A stretch of 64,000 nucleotides of DNA, taken from positions 34,534,001-34,598,000 of the forward strand of contig NC_042999.1 of assembly GCF_006345805.1 (NCBI RefSeq), given 5' to 3'. The translations under genes and the position numbers were made by a program. A model generated the notes under the pieces. The model had not been told where the DNA came from. It worked only from the letters and a program-made list of their open reading frames with translations, and searched no databases. Each line of letters begins with the position of its first letter. Within the stretch, counting starts at the first letter, position 1. Origin of the DNA: Octopus sinensis (lineage: Eukaryota). This document shows positions 41,517 through 54,640 of this stretch, piece after piece.

Positions 41517-41589
<73 letters not shown>

Positions 41590-41619
41590 TCACAAGTCTC
41601 CGACGAATAGTGACTTGAT

Positions 41620-41841
41620 ACTCTGAGTAGGATATGAAGATGTTTTCGGCTTTATCACTCTACGTTTGATAATCGAGTCTCGTTTTTTTTCATTCTCTCT
41701 CTGCTTATTTTATCGTGTTCCTTCCTGTTGAAGAGCGTAGGCACGAAACATAAAAGACTTCTCACATTCACGGGCGTCAAACTAATACATCTGCTTACTC
41801 TTTATACATCTGTCTTCGTCTTTTGTTTTTCTCTCAATTTC

Positions 41842-41845
<4 letters not shown>
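41620..41845 (+). mobile_element. Probable PLE-type terminal repeat with decayed hammerhead
   Basis: CTGTTGA(41725)-A-GAGC GTAG GCAC-GAAA-CA; ends in (TA)n. Confidence 0.45.
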
Positions 41846-41886
<41 letters not shown>

Positions 41887-41890
<4 letters not shown>

Positions 41891-42182
41891 CGTGATCACC
41901 GCGACCAACACATCGCTGGTCACAATGCGCTAAGCATTGTTTTAGCCTTCAAGTGACGCCAACCGGCTTCAAGTTACACCATGGTTCCTCTGCTTTGTGA
42001 GAGAAGTAGGAAGAAAGAGTGAGAGAAAGGTGTGGCGAAAGAGTACAGCAGGGATCGCCACCAGCCTCTGTCGGAGCCTCGTCTAGCTTTAGGTGTTTTC
42101 GCTCAATAAACACTCACAACGCCCGGTCTTGGAATCGAAACCGCGAGTCCGTTGCACTAACCACTGCGCCACTGCACCTCCA

Positions 42183-42183
<1 letters not shown>
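41887..42183 (-). mobile_element. tRNA-Arg-like SINE family C
   Basis: Reverse complement of 44406-44717, with a short deletion in the head. Confidence 0.85.
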
Positions 42184-42266
<83 letters not shown>

Positions 42267-43298
42267 TACACTATTATAAGTAATTATCTAACTACTGAAC
42301 GACGAAGACTTTCTACTCACGGTACTTTTAGTACTATCTTGAGCTACACTAATACATGTATTGCCTGTAAAATTAATATAATTTCCTCTATCTATCTCTT
42401 TCTCTATATATATATAGATGTTTGTGTGTGCGTGTGCGTGCGTGTGTGTCTGTGGGGTGTATCTTGTCTTCTGTTTTACTTTTTCCCTCAATCGTGTCTT
42501 TTTACATTCCAGTCTGTGCGCAGTTTAGACCATCTTTCATCATTTGCTCCCTACCAGTATGCCCTGCCTAACTTTATGTTTTCTAAATATGATGTAGTCC
42601 GCTGCTATTTACACACATATTTGTTCAAACGTTTTACGCTCCCCCTTTAATGTTTTTAAAATCCATATGTTCGTAATTGTTCAAATCTATATGCTGAGAC
42701 TTATATGTTTTAAATCTCCAGATACTTTTTTTGCGCATACTCGCCAAGGCCCGTAATTTAATTTAACAAAAGCGCACCAACCAGCTTGGATTTAATTTTT
42801 AATAGCCCCATTTGGCTTCATTATATTATATTGACTATAATTCATAACTTATAACTTCTAAACATGAATTGTAGTATAGTCATATTAAATTGTTTTTGTT
42901 ATCATTTTCGTATCATTGTTCTATTCATTTTACAAGTTACAGCTCCTGAGCATTAATTGAGAAGACAGCATCGTCAGCAAAGTGTAAATAATTTAAGAGT
43001 CTCCAATTAATATATATTTCATTTCGAGTAATTTATATTTTGTTATTCATATATTCATTTCGCTTCTATTAATTTCTATTTTATTTTTAAAATAGATATC
43101 ATATCCTAACTATAAAATGTTATTATATACTACTCATGCAGATATACATATACATATATGCATGTATTAACATATTTACGTGTGAGTTTGTGCGTATGTG
43201 TGTGTGTGTGTGTTCTAAATTTATATGTTTCACATGAATAATAATCAGTAACAGTCAAATAAGTATTATATGTACACAAAGATACACATAAATGTGTG

Positions 43299-43358
<60 letters not shown>

Positions 43359-43420
43359 TATATGTACGTACGTATGTATGTATGTATATAAATATACATA
43401 CATACATACATACATATATA

Positions 43421-43465
<45 letters not shown>

Positions 43466-43550
43466 AGAAGGAATAGCTGCTATTTCTCAACTGCTATTTC
43501 TAAACTTCGGTATGTGGTGAAGCAAGTCGTTGCCGAACCCTAATTATATA

Positions 43551-43608
<58 letters not shown>

Positions 43609-43719
43609 GTATATTTATATACATACATACATACGTACGTACATATATACAAACTTACAATATCATCTTTCATAAAATAACTGGAAGTCAAAATGTTTTG
43701 ACCGTGCGTTCAAATAGAC

Positions 43720-45167
43720 CAGTGGTTCCCCAACTTTTCCCGCCAAATTGCAATATCACCCACCTGTCGCTCAAATAATACTCCATCGCTCACTGGTGTA
43801 AAAAAAAAACCCTGACATAACCACCCAACACAAAATCACCTAGCCCCCCTTCCCCCGTATCATCTGACACACACACTATATCGTAGACGCGTTGCCCTGG
43901 TAGTGCCGTTTGTACTAATTATGAGGGAATAAATACAAACTATAAATAATCACTACTGTACTGTCCACAAATTTTCTTGACTGGAGACATCAGTAAAGTG
44001 AAAATGTGAAAACCAATTTCTACAGATGGCATCAGAAAGGCAGTATGGTATTCCCAAAGAGAAAAAGTCAATAGAACAAAGTCAGATGACACGCTTTTAC
44101 TGGAGCAAATACGGATATAGTTCGTTTGGCTGCCAGCATTTCAAAAATTAAATTTTATCGACAATTTTAAAATTTGGCACATTAATGTACTTTTCCAAGC
44201 TAAATTGCTGGAGCTATTCAGCTGTTTCCAGAAAAATGTTTTTAAAAAGTTATAGAGGTTTAAATTCAATCATTTTCACCCAGTCAAGAAATACTATTTC
44301 AAAGCTGTCATTTTGTGTGCGACTTCATAGTTTGTCAACATCCTGAAAATAGCATTTGTGTTTTGATATGAAACCACAGAATTACGCACGTCATATGACT
44401 CTTATGTGGAGGCGCAATGGCCCAGTGGTTAGGGCAGCGGACTCGCGGTCGTAGGATCGCAGTTTCGATTCCCGGACCGGGCGTTGTGTGTTTATTGAGC
44501 GAAAACACCTAAAAAGCTCCACAAGGCTCCGGCAGGGGGTGGTGGCGATCCCTGCTGTACTCTTTCACCACAACTTTCTCTCACTCTTTCTTCTGTTGGC
44601 TTGCTCGCTTAGCCAGCAGGGTGGCGTCATTTGAAGGCTAAAACAATGCGAAGCGCATTGTGACCAGTGATGTGTCGCAACATGTGATGGTCTGGTCGGT
44701 CACGTGATCACGTGATGTGACTCTTATACCATTTATTTTCGGAGTTTTCAGGAAATTTTTGCGAATTTGAATTCTACACGCAGGACTTCATACGATTGTG
44801 CCCCTCCAAAAAAATTGTAGTGGAGTGTGATTTAAGGCCTAGCCCTATTTGGGTGCTATTTTTAACACGCTTGACAACCATCTCAATGACTGCGACAAAA
44901 ATATTCAATAAACAAGTCCGCGTTTTTAATTCAAAGGGACGTCTCATGCGAATAGTCAGATCGATGAAAGTGCATCATTATTCTAGGCATGCGTAGGTAT
45001 CAGTAAATGCAGACTTAATTCCTAAACATTCACTGTCACCCACAAGATATTCTTTTCGCCCGCCAAAACCTCAAATCGCCCACCATTTTCTAAAAATTCG
45101 GCCATCGCCCACCTGTATGTTGAAATCGCTCACCATTGGACGATATCTCCCACCTTGGGAAGCTATG
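43720..45167. mobile_element. hAT/Charlie-like MITE hosting a nested SINE
   Basis: CAGTGGTTCCCCAAC ... TTGGGAAGCTATG imperfect TIRs; 8-bp flanks AAATAGAC/AAATCGAT; repeated ATCGCCCAC-like subterminal motifs at both ends. Confidence 0.6.
44406..44717 (+). mobile_element. tRNA-Arg-like SINE family C, complete, with TSD
   Basis: Head GGCCCAGTGGTTAGGGCAGCGGACTCGCGGTCG..GTTTCGATTCCC; CACGTGAT tandem tail; exact TSD TGACTCTTAT at 44396-44405 and 44718-44727. Confidence 0.93.
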
Positions 45168-46139
45168 AAATCGATTTTTGAGTGGTATTTGTATTATACT
45201 ACAGTAAACTACATAATGAGCATCTTTTAGGTACATAGAATGAAATGTTCCTTTTTTTTCTAGCTTTCAGCTCATTTGTGTAGTTCGGAAGTATATTAAC
45301 GTCACTGAACTGTTTCGATTATGTTTTATACTCCTTTCTTACTGTTTATCTTTGGAGGGGTAGGTATGATTGCCATATTTGCAAGTAAATTATTCATCAA
45401 TCATCCCGATATTTTTCAGTTCGGTTTTCCTGTTCTTTTTCTTGGAGATGCCTTCCACATCACGCATTATTCCTGTCGTATCGCTATCAAAGTTATCTGA
45501 AAGTTCATTTATCTGCTCTAGATAAGATAAGTTTCCACGCTAAAATGTTTTTCATCTTTGCCTTCTAAATTTCATGTATCAATTTTAAAAAGTGTCTTTT
45601 GAAAATGATCTGATAAAGATAACGGTTTGGATGGTTTCAATAATAAATGCCAGTTATCGTTTACCATATCTGTAGATAATTCTCATGAATGTAAGTTATC
45701 GTTTACCATATCCGTAGATAATTCTCATGAATGTATCTGGGTAGACCCAACTCCATCTTTAAACTAATATATTGATAGGGAATTTCTTTCGAGTTAAATT
45801 GGGAAATTTTTAGTGACAGAGTAAAAGTTTCTTATATACACAAATATATATATAAACGAAACATTATGAAGATATCACACAAATGTATTGTGAATTAAAG
45901 AATATTGCAAATAAGATATTCAGATACTTAGAAAAAATATGGTGGAAATGAATGAGGTATACAAGCAAGAAAATTAAGGAATTGCAGTACTTACTATAAT
46001 TTTTCTGAGCTTTATTTCAATTTTGCCATTGTTTTCTGCTTATCATCCTTATCAGATATATATTCAGATATTTTCTATCTGCCACATTGTCTCCCACTAA
46101 ATGTGAGATAATTGCCATTTTTTCTGCTTATCATCCTTA

Positions 46140-46550
46140 TCTGGACGATAACATATATCTTTATATATAAAAGTGAGGTTGTGTGCTGTCTGTCTCCTAC
46201 GATTTAGATTCTTAACTACTCCCACATTTTGCGATACAGTTTAACCAAAACCGGGTATCTTATAGTCGTGATTCATATCCAGCCCTTCTGAGTATTAGCG
46301 CGCGTCTACGATGAGTCTACGATTTAAAAAAAAATACCATCAAATTTTCCCATTTTTAATGCATTTTTGGCATATATAAGGGAAGTAACTCTCTAAGAAT
46401 TTATTATTAAATCTCAGAACGTAAAAAGCTACAGTAACACCACCCTTTGTGGTTAGCCATATTGAGATGGCTATTATACTTTACATCTCTAAAAATGCTT
46501 ATATAGTTATTTCCCTTACAAACCCGAGCAACGCCGGGCGATACTGCTAG
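46140..46550 (+). mobile_element. Non-autonomous Helitron
   Basis: A|TC 5' end; 3' hairpin CCCGAGCAACGCCGGG followed by CTAG|T; no TSD; inserted in one unit of an ~85-bp tandem repeat. Confidence 0.9.
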
Positions 46551-47954
46551 TCAGATATATATATTCACATTTTCTATCTGTCACATTGTATCCCACTAAG
46601 TGTCAGATATTTAGGAGAAAATAAAGTATTGGATAACCTTCTACACACTTCTTCGTTGGATGGCTTACTTAATCTCTCGCCTTTTTAAACACCTCCTGCA
46701 GAAGGTACGTAAGTTGGGTTTAGCATAGTACATAGATTTGCATTCATATGAGTTACATTTCTGGCTTATGTGGACTTACCTTTCAGCTACTAGTCTCTAA
46801 ACTCTAAGAGAATCGTATCCACGGCTCCTGAAACTTTAAGTTCCTTATAATAATACAGCTATGCTACTCTGCTTGAAACTAGAACATGTGCATAAATGTA
46901 CATACAGATACGACGTGATTCCAATTCTATACATGCACACCGAGGAGCTTACGCCGATGATAATGGATTTTGCTCATAATTCATTATCATCTAGTACAAG
47001 ACAAACATGTTTGATAGTGTCTGATTGTGTAATGTCTCACCGAAAACCATTTGCAGCACGGAATATATTGGACGGCAGGTTTACAAGATAGTATTTCATT
47101 CAAAGGCGAATGTAATAGTTATGTATTTGCTGTTAGAAGAAATATGTCACAGCTGAGTTATTTTGTCGTTAATTTTGCTGTACATCATCACCAGGTGTCC
47201 TTCGAGCAAAACGAATAAAATTCCTCCAAATATGACCACCAAGTTTCATTATATAGAGATAATTTCAGCTTCCATTTAAATTATTCAATATTTACTTTCG
47301 AATTTAAGCTTGATAGATATTTGGTTGCTCTCTCAAGCAAACTGAGAGCCAGCTAAAGATTTACACTAACATCCAACTGATACACAGAATGTACAGAAAA
47401 TTTTCGTTGGTATTGTACTAAGAGACGCAACCTCAATGCAGACTGCATAATCACATCACTGTCTTTAGATAACTAATAATAGATGAAGTATTGATTATTT
47501 TACATAAAATATCATTGATCGATGACTCACAAGTTATGTATTTGCATCATTCTCCCAATGTCACATAAGATATCTAAGATTTTATTCTAATTTATTTACG
47601 AGTTTGGGTCTCTCTAGTCAACTATGCATTTGTATCTCCTCTAATATCATTAACTATTGTGTAATAGAAATGGAAGACATCGCAAATTCAATTAGCACTA
47701 AACTGAAAGCTGGATGTTGCCTATAAAAGTCATATTACTACGTGTACCTTTAGAGAAATAAAAAATAAAATTAACGTTCCGTTGCAATCATAAGGCATTA
47801 AATTCTGCTTTAATAATGTTCCTATATTATAATATTAATCACATGTTGTATTTCAAACAGTGGAATGACGTTTAATGGTTCGCATTTTAGCAACCGAAAA
47901 TATGAATATAATAACGTCTACGGTGATAATGAGAATAGCTTTAACAATGAGATT

Positions 47955-48120
47955 CGTTCTGACTTCAAATTCCGCCGAGGTCGACTTTGCCTTTCACCCT
48001 TTCGGGGTCGATAAATTAAGTACCAGTTACGCACTGGGGTCGATATAATCGACATAATCCGTGTCTGTCCTTGTTTGTCTCCTCTATGTTTAGCCCCTTG
48101 TGGGTAGTAAAGAAATATTT
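47955..48120 (+). mobile_element. SINE family A left monomer (5'-truncated)
   Basis: TTCAAATTCCGCCGAGGTCGACTTTGCCTTTC...GGGTAGTAAAGAAATA. Confidence 0.88.
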
Positions 48121-48849
48121 AACAATGAGATTCAACAAATTAATTCCCTATTAGTCTTTTATGTAATGAATTTTGTTTCCCTTGTCTGCTGTACTGTGAA
48201 TTCGTTCATTTGCAATTTCGGTCTTTTTTGCCAGTTTATTGGAGTATTGAGTCAATTCTTAACTCTCCTCAAAACTGAACTAAACTTGACTGATCACTTT
48301 TACAACTTTACACATTTTTAAGCTGTGTACTACTTTACATATTTTAAAGCTAACTTAATATTATTTCACACAAAAACTGATTCATTTCATGCCCCTTTCT
48401 CTCTTATGATTACATCAGTCAAGTAGCTGCCAATATAACCGGATATACGTTACATCATCATTCAGTGCTCTTTCATATTTTATGCCTACGGTGTTAATGT
48501 TCTAGGTTAAATAGTGTACGATGATCTAATAATATAAAATAGGGTATTATTCTGTCAGACAACTCATTGATCTTTTCTTCCTTTGCACTAATTTAATGTA
48601 CTATTGAAGGGTTAATAATACAAAGAAATATATATCTCATAGTTCATTTCTTAATATCACTTCATGTGGATAATTACTTTAAAATGGATTCTGAATACTA
48701 TTCAATAGAAAAATTTTATGTATGTAGCACGTTTGTTACAATAATTTAAAACAAAACATATTTATAATCCTTTTAGTTATGTATTGTTAATAGTAGTGAG
48801 TAATAGAAGCACAAGGCTTGTCAATTGAGAGAGGGTGTCTTTTAACTAT

Positions 48850-49087
48850 CTTCTTTTCGTGTTTAAGTCATTGGAATGAAACCATGCTGAGACACCGCCT
48901 TGAAGGGTTTAGTTGAACAAAACCATACCGGTACTGTCATTTTTTAAAGTCTGGTGATTATTCTGTCGGTTACTCTCTCCGAACTGCTAAGTTACGTAGA
49001 TGCAGCAAAACAACGCATGTTGTCGAGGGGTTGGGAGTAACAAACAGATACAAAAAAGCAGACGGATATTCATATATATATATACAT

Positions 49088-49132
<45 letters not shown>

Positions 49133-49230
49133 GACGTGCTTCCTCACTGTTTTTGTTTATCAATTCACAAAGCCAACTGAGCCTGATTTCTTGTGGTTAC
49201 AAAGCGAAATTTTTAACTGAACTGCTAATA
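48850..49230 (-). mobile_element. Decayed SINE family B with internal (TA)n
   Basis: CCATGCTGAGACACCGCCTTGAAGGG...AACTGCTAAGTTACG...(TA)n ACGACG...TCACAAAGC. Confidence 0.7.
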
Positions 49231-49274
49231 TAGTGCCTGGTACGCGACAGCTGATTGTTGTGAGGTAACTTTGG

Positions 49275-49370
49275 TTACAGTGGAATTGGACATCAGAGTG
49301 TAAAGAGCCAGTAAAAACCAATGGTAAGTGTTTTGTCCACGCTCGAAGGATTCTGGTCAGTTGCCATCTT
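49275..49370 (-). mobile_element. SINE family A head
   Basis: Reverse complement of GGC..GAATC..AGCGTGGACAAAACACTTACC... Confidence 0.55.
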
Positions 49371-49989
49371 TATTATAGATTGAATTGTATATACAAAGCT
49401 AATTATTTCCAGTATGTGTATGTGTGTGTATATATATGCGTGTGTGTGAGTGTGAATGTATGTGTACATATATGTATGTGTGTGTATGTATATAGATGTG
49501 TATATAAATAGAGAGAGAGAGACATTCAGATAGACAGTGGAGCAGACAAACAGACGGACAGTCAGGTAGATAGGTAGGTTGGTAGGTAGGTAAGTAGGTA
49601 TGTAGTTAGGTAGGTAGGTAGACAGTTATATAATCACAAAATGAAACAAATATCTTCTATGTATGGCACTCGTTAATTGCCCTTTCTAAAATTTACTCTC
49701 TTCCCAATTTCCACTAAAATACATATCATATGCCCTTGAGAATTAAAGACTACTTTTGTATTATTAACTTATACACTTAAATTCAACATCTGGGCATATT
49801 TTCCACACGTAGTACAATTCTTCAATTTACGTGTGATTGTACAAGGGTTAGAAAATTATACGTATTCTTGTTTCTGTAAGATATTAAAACAAAAGCATCC
49901 GGAAGGATGTGGGGCAAAGTGACCTGCAGAGGAATTTGATGTCAGAATATGAAAAAACAGTAAAAACCAAATTCTAGACGATAGACCAC

Positions 49990-51128
49990 TGTTCTGGTAA
50001 TGCACAGAAGTGCTGTTCGATACACTTTTTTAAGCGGTCAACACGCTGGCTTATTCCATTTGAGAAGGTTTTCGACTGGGCGCGTAGTCATACGCAACGT
50101 TTCTTGTGCTTCTATGTCCTGATATGTAAAGGATATTCGAGCAGTCCAAAGAAGTGATGGTCTTCAGCGGCGAAATTTGGAATCTTTGCAAAGTGTTCCA
50201 GCATTTCAAAACACAATTAGTTTCGTCACTGTGGTTAGTCGTATGTAGGCCTGCATTGTTGTAAAACACTAACAATTGATTTGACAATCAACCCCACCGT
50301 TTGGTACAAATGGCTGGTTTGAGTTTGTTGGCCAGCGTTTCACTAAAGACCACACTGGTGATTGTTGGTTGCTTTTCCAGGAAACGTTTCCAACATAGAC
50401 TGTTTAATGTCCCCAAAAATGGTTAGCGTGAATATTCTGCTGAAATTTGAGTATTGAATTATTTTTCGCTGGCGTGTCTAGGTATTTCTACAACATAGTT
50501 TGCTTTTTGGTTTTTCGTCCAAAGTGAATTACCGAAGTCTCATTCCTGTTGGAAGGCTCTCCAAAAAGCTTCAATTTCACCGTTGTAGAGGTCAAGCAAG
50601 CTTTGAAAGATTTCCAAACGACTCCGCTTATGCATTTCAGTGAGGTCTCTTGGCACCCACCTCGCACATACTTTACAGCAGCTAAGCTTGTCTTGGACGA
50701 TTTCGCATGCAAAATCGTAACAAATTTGCAGAGAACATGCCATCTCGTCGGTTCGCCACAATCATACCTCGAGCAACTTGAATCTTCACGTCATTTCTGG
50801 AGGTTGACTGGCGTTCTTTTCATTCTTGGTGCTTCACACTCGTCGAGCCATTCTTCATTTTGTTGATCCACTGGCATACAATTCTAGACGATATAGCACT
50901 GCTCTTATAATGCACAGAAAGCCTGTGATGAATTTCATCACTTGATGCATTTTCAGATCAAAGAAATACGATCACTGATCTCTATGTTTCTGGAGAGATG
51001 AAGGCCAAACCTCGGTGAAATAACCACTAGTGTACCATCTTTTAGCCCGAGAGCAGTACCACCAACTCAAAGAAAGTCTTAGCGAAGTGCAGACAATTTT
51101 TTACTTCGCCTTGAAATATTCCACCTCG
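49990..51128 (-). mobile_element. Mariner transposon, decayed
   Basis: KVCARWVPRDLT motif (ORF 50540-50761); 5' TIR-like end CCTCG|TA at 51128; 3' end not resolved. Confidence 0.85.
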
Positions 51129-51706
51129 TATTCAAAATGCCTTTTCGAAGCTCTATGTAGCTTTATTAAGTTTACTGAAAGAAAAAGGATTCACTGCATT
51201 TAAAACCTATTCGACATTGATATTGCATTACCTTAGATTAATAGGAATCTCACTTGTAACTTCTGATGTTCCATTTATTACGAGGAAAAAACATATCTGT
51301 GTTTCAAGACATGAATGGCTTCAAATATGAAATCGGAAATTATTTCCTGCACTTGTATTTTTCTATATTCACCGCCCGAATGTTTATCTTATTTTTTAAT
51401 TTCATTTGCCATCCTTGTTATATTATACTTTAGTATATAGGCTACGCTCAGCTCATCAGAAGAGAAAACTAGAAATGTTTTCTGGGCAGAGAAGTTCTTA
51501 GGAAATAATTTCTGTTACATCCTGACAGTGAGAAATATATTCCTATTACGTTTTTAACCAATCATATACTACTCAATATTGTATTTCAAATCTTCAGAGT
51601 ACATTTTGATTTAAATAATTACATGTCGATTTTAGTTAATCGGATGAACTGGAAATATTGATTTCCTGTGAATTATTTTACTTTAATTATAGTACCGAGT
51701 AAACTA

Positions 51707-52817
51707 TGAGTTGAGTAAAAAGCAAGCAACGTATTGAAATATAAAATTCATCAAAATATATTTCAACAATGCGAAAACTTTATTAATCAAAGTAAGCACC
51801 ATTACAATCAATACATTTTTGCCAATGAGTTACCAGTTTGTTTATTCTGGTAACATAAAAATCTGGAGTTCTGGTCTGATGAACTCTTTGAACGCACTTT
51901 CAGTATCGGTTTGGCTTTTGAACGCCTTCTCTCGCAGGAAACCATCAAAGTGCTTAAAAACCGGTATTCGGTAGGAGAAATGCCTGGGGAATAAGCTGGG
52001 TGGGGCAGAACTTCGTATCCAAGTTCCCTCAACTCCTGGAACGTCATTAGTGAAAATTGCGGTCGGGCATTGCCATGAAGAATGACTGACCGTCTTCTGT
52101 TGACCAGTCTGGGATGGAGGAGTAGCAGATTTTCGTTTATTTTAGCAAATCCATGGCAATGTCTCTGCAGTAATGGTTTATCCGAATTTTAAGAAGTTAA
52201 AATGAATCGCTCTGGTTACGGAGAAGAAGCGACGAGCAAATTTCATATTTGCGCATTTCCTGATTTTCATTCAAATCGTATGGTAATGGTTTGTCGAGAC
52301 TTTTTGATTTTCCGATCGCATGTAAATGTTTGCAAGCGGTTTTCCGGCTAACCTGAAGTTCTTTTGCCAGTTCTCGAGTAGTTTTACGAAGATCTTTCTC
52401 AATGATGGTCTTTCATTGACTGTCATCGATGACAGTTGGGCGTCATCTACGCTCACAACCTTCATAGCTCAGGTTTCCAAAGCGAAATCGTTTAAACTAT
52501 TTTCGAGCTCACCACTCACTGGTCATTTCCTCACCAAACGTTTCGTTGATATCGCGAGGAGTTTCAGCTGCTTTACGTCACTTTTTGTAGTTGAGTAGCA
52601 AAATTGCTCGAATATCGCGGTTTTACAGTTCCATTTCGTATGATTGTAAGAACGATAAAATAAATATCAACGTTAATTTATTGATTAATCTGGTCCAGTC
52701 ATTGTATGTATTATCAGACATTTGCAAATAAATCTTTAAACTAAATTCAAAACTCTGCAAAAATCCGATACAAATTCTTCTTGGGACAAAACGTTGCTTA
52801 CATTTTACTCAGTCTGA
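51707..52817 (-). mobile_element. Mariner transposon with internal deletion
   Basis: TIRs TA|TGAGTTGAGTAAAAAGCAAGCAACGT and ACGTTGCTTACATTTTACTCAGTCTGA|TA; YEVLPHPAYSPGISPTEY motif; first-Asp region missing. Confidence 0.88.
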
Positions 52818-53175
52818 TAGATATGCATTTACTTTTCTCTTGTTTACATGCCTGTGAATTCAATTTCAAATATTTTTATATAATAATATATTATATTAAT
52901 GTCGGTTGATGGGTTGGTTTGTTGGTTTGATGGCTGGTCGGTCAATCGATGGGTTTCTGGTTGGATAGGTTTCTGAGTTTTTTTGAGTCATGCTTTATAT
53001 CATATATACAATGGAAAATAAGCCAAAATATATAGAGAGTATATGAATGTAAAACGTTAATGTCCATAGAACACCGAAATTTACGAGCCACAGTAGGTGG
53101 ATAGTATGCCCGCGTATATGCATATTTATGCAAACACAAACTACCACCCACCCACCCATATATATATACATATAC

Positions 53176-53216
<41 letters not shown>

Positions 53217-53226
53217 TATATATATA

Positions 53227-53382
53227 GATGTGGTTATGTGGTAAGAACCTTCTTCCCGAACCACAACGTTCGCAGTTCAGTCCCACTGCATGGCAATCTG
53301 GACGTGTTTCTTCCACTATTGCCTGGGACTAACCAAAGACTTGTGAGTGGATTTGATAGACAGAAAACGAAAGAAGCCTGTC
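53227..53382 (+). mobile_element. SINE family B head
   Basis: TGTGGTAAG...GCAGTTCAGTCCCACTGC...TTGTGAGTGGATTTG..AGAC..AAAC.AAAGAAGCC. Confidence 0.75.
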
Positions 53383-53392
53383 CTACATAATA

Positions 53393-53427
<35 letters not shown>

Positions 53428-53430
<3 letters not shown>

Positions 53431-53904
53431 ATTGGTCAAAATAATGATGACGTCCCGTTCCACTTGGTTAAAGCCACCTAACGAAACGATTGGTCAAAAC
53501 ATTGATGACGTCACGCTACGCTAGATTGACCACCTAACAGGCATTATAAAACCGATCATTTCACAAAAACTCACTAGAACCACCCAGCGAACTTCCACCA
53601 TGGGTCATCACAATTGCTTAAGGTAAAAATGAATTCCTCGCTCTTTCGGGAAACAAACAAGAGGGAGTTATAATGCAGCGATTGGTCAAAATAATGATGA
53701 CGTCCCGTTCCACTTGGTTAAAGCCACCTAACGAAACGATTGGTCAAAACATTGATGACGTCACGCTACGCTAGATTGACCACCTAACAGGCATTATAAA
53801 ACCGAGCATTTCACAAAAACTCACTAGAACCACCCAGCGAACTTCCACCATGGGTCATCACAATTGCTTAAGGTAAAAATGAATTCCTCGCTCTTTCGGA
53901 AACA
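53428..53904 (+). promoter_or_regulatory. Tandemly duplicated (250-bp period) Pol II promoter plus ATG mini-exon plus splice donor
   Basis: Per unit: two ATTGG (reverse CCAAT), TGACGTCC and TGACGTCA (53506-13), TATAAAA (53545-51), TCACT Inr-like with A at 53573 (28 nt after TATA), CCACCATGG (ATG 53600), AAG|GTAAAA donor after 53622; second unit at +250. Confidence 0.7.
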
Positions 53905-54242
53905 TCAATCTTCTGTATTGACCGCTTTCCACCACTTTGATCTGTTTTTTGTATTGAATACGTATCGCCACCGTGGGCCACTGCATCGAACACTTTGAAC
54001 ATATACTTCAAACTATATATCAACTATACATGAACTATATATCAACTATACATGAACTCTAAGATGTCTGACTCCGTTGTGTATTATAAATGAATTTCTT
54101 GTGTTTGACGGCATGAGCTGTCTCTTTTTATATATAACTTTTTTTGATAAGGTTCATTTCAGGAACTGAAACATGTTATAATGTATATATAAAAATTAAA
54201 AATTGTATAATACAGCAGCATTTTCGAACTTCATTTTTTACA

Positions 54243-54247
<5 letters not shown>
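53428..54247 (+). mobile_element. Probable solo PLE pseudo-LTR between (TA)n tracts
   Basis: Promoter module followed by degenerate hammerhead TTGATAA-GGTTC ATTTCAG GAACT-GAAA-CATGT-T (54144-54177). Confidence 0.55.
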
Positions 54248-54318
<71 letters not shown>

Positions 54319-54640
54319 ATATACGTATATGTATAAATGTATATGTTTGTGTGTACATATATGTGTTATTGTGTAGGTATGAGTTAGTGGTGTTTAATAC
54401 CTCTAAGGGATAATTAAATCCAAAGTCGCTCCTGATTATTACCTGTGTAGGTACAGTCTTTTGTAAGGTTGTAGGGTAGCAGTTGGTTCGGTTGGAAAAC
54501 CGTAGTTTAGGTTATACAAAAGAAAATGGATATAATTACAATGGGAAACTCATGGTTTACGTTTCTATACCTTTAATTTAATTACCACCACATATGCATA
54601 TATGTATTATTTTCGCATATATATATTTATATATATATAT

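Noticed and set aside
44406-44480. tRNA-Arg gene
   Set aside because: No complete cloverleaf; continues into a SINE body with TSDs
46775-46845. Minus-strand AAG|GTAAGT donor with upstream acceptors
   Set aside because: Stops in all frames for each acceptor
49318-49330. ATG|GTAAGT donor
   Set aside because: Part of an antisense family A SINE head
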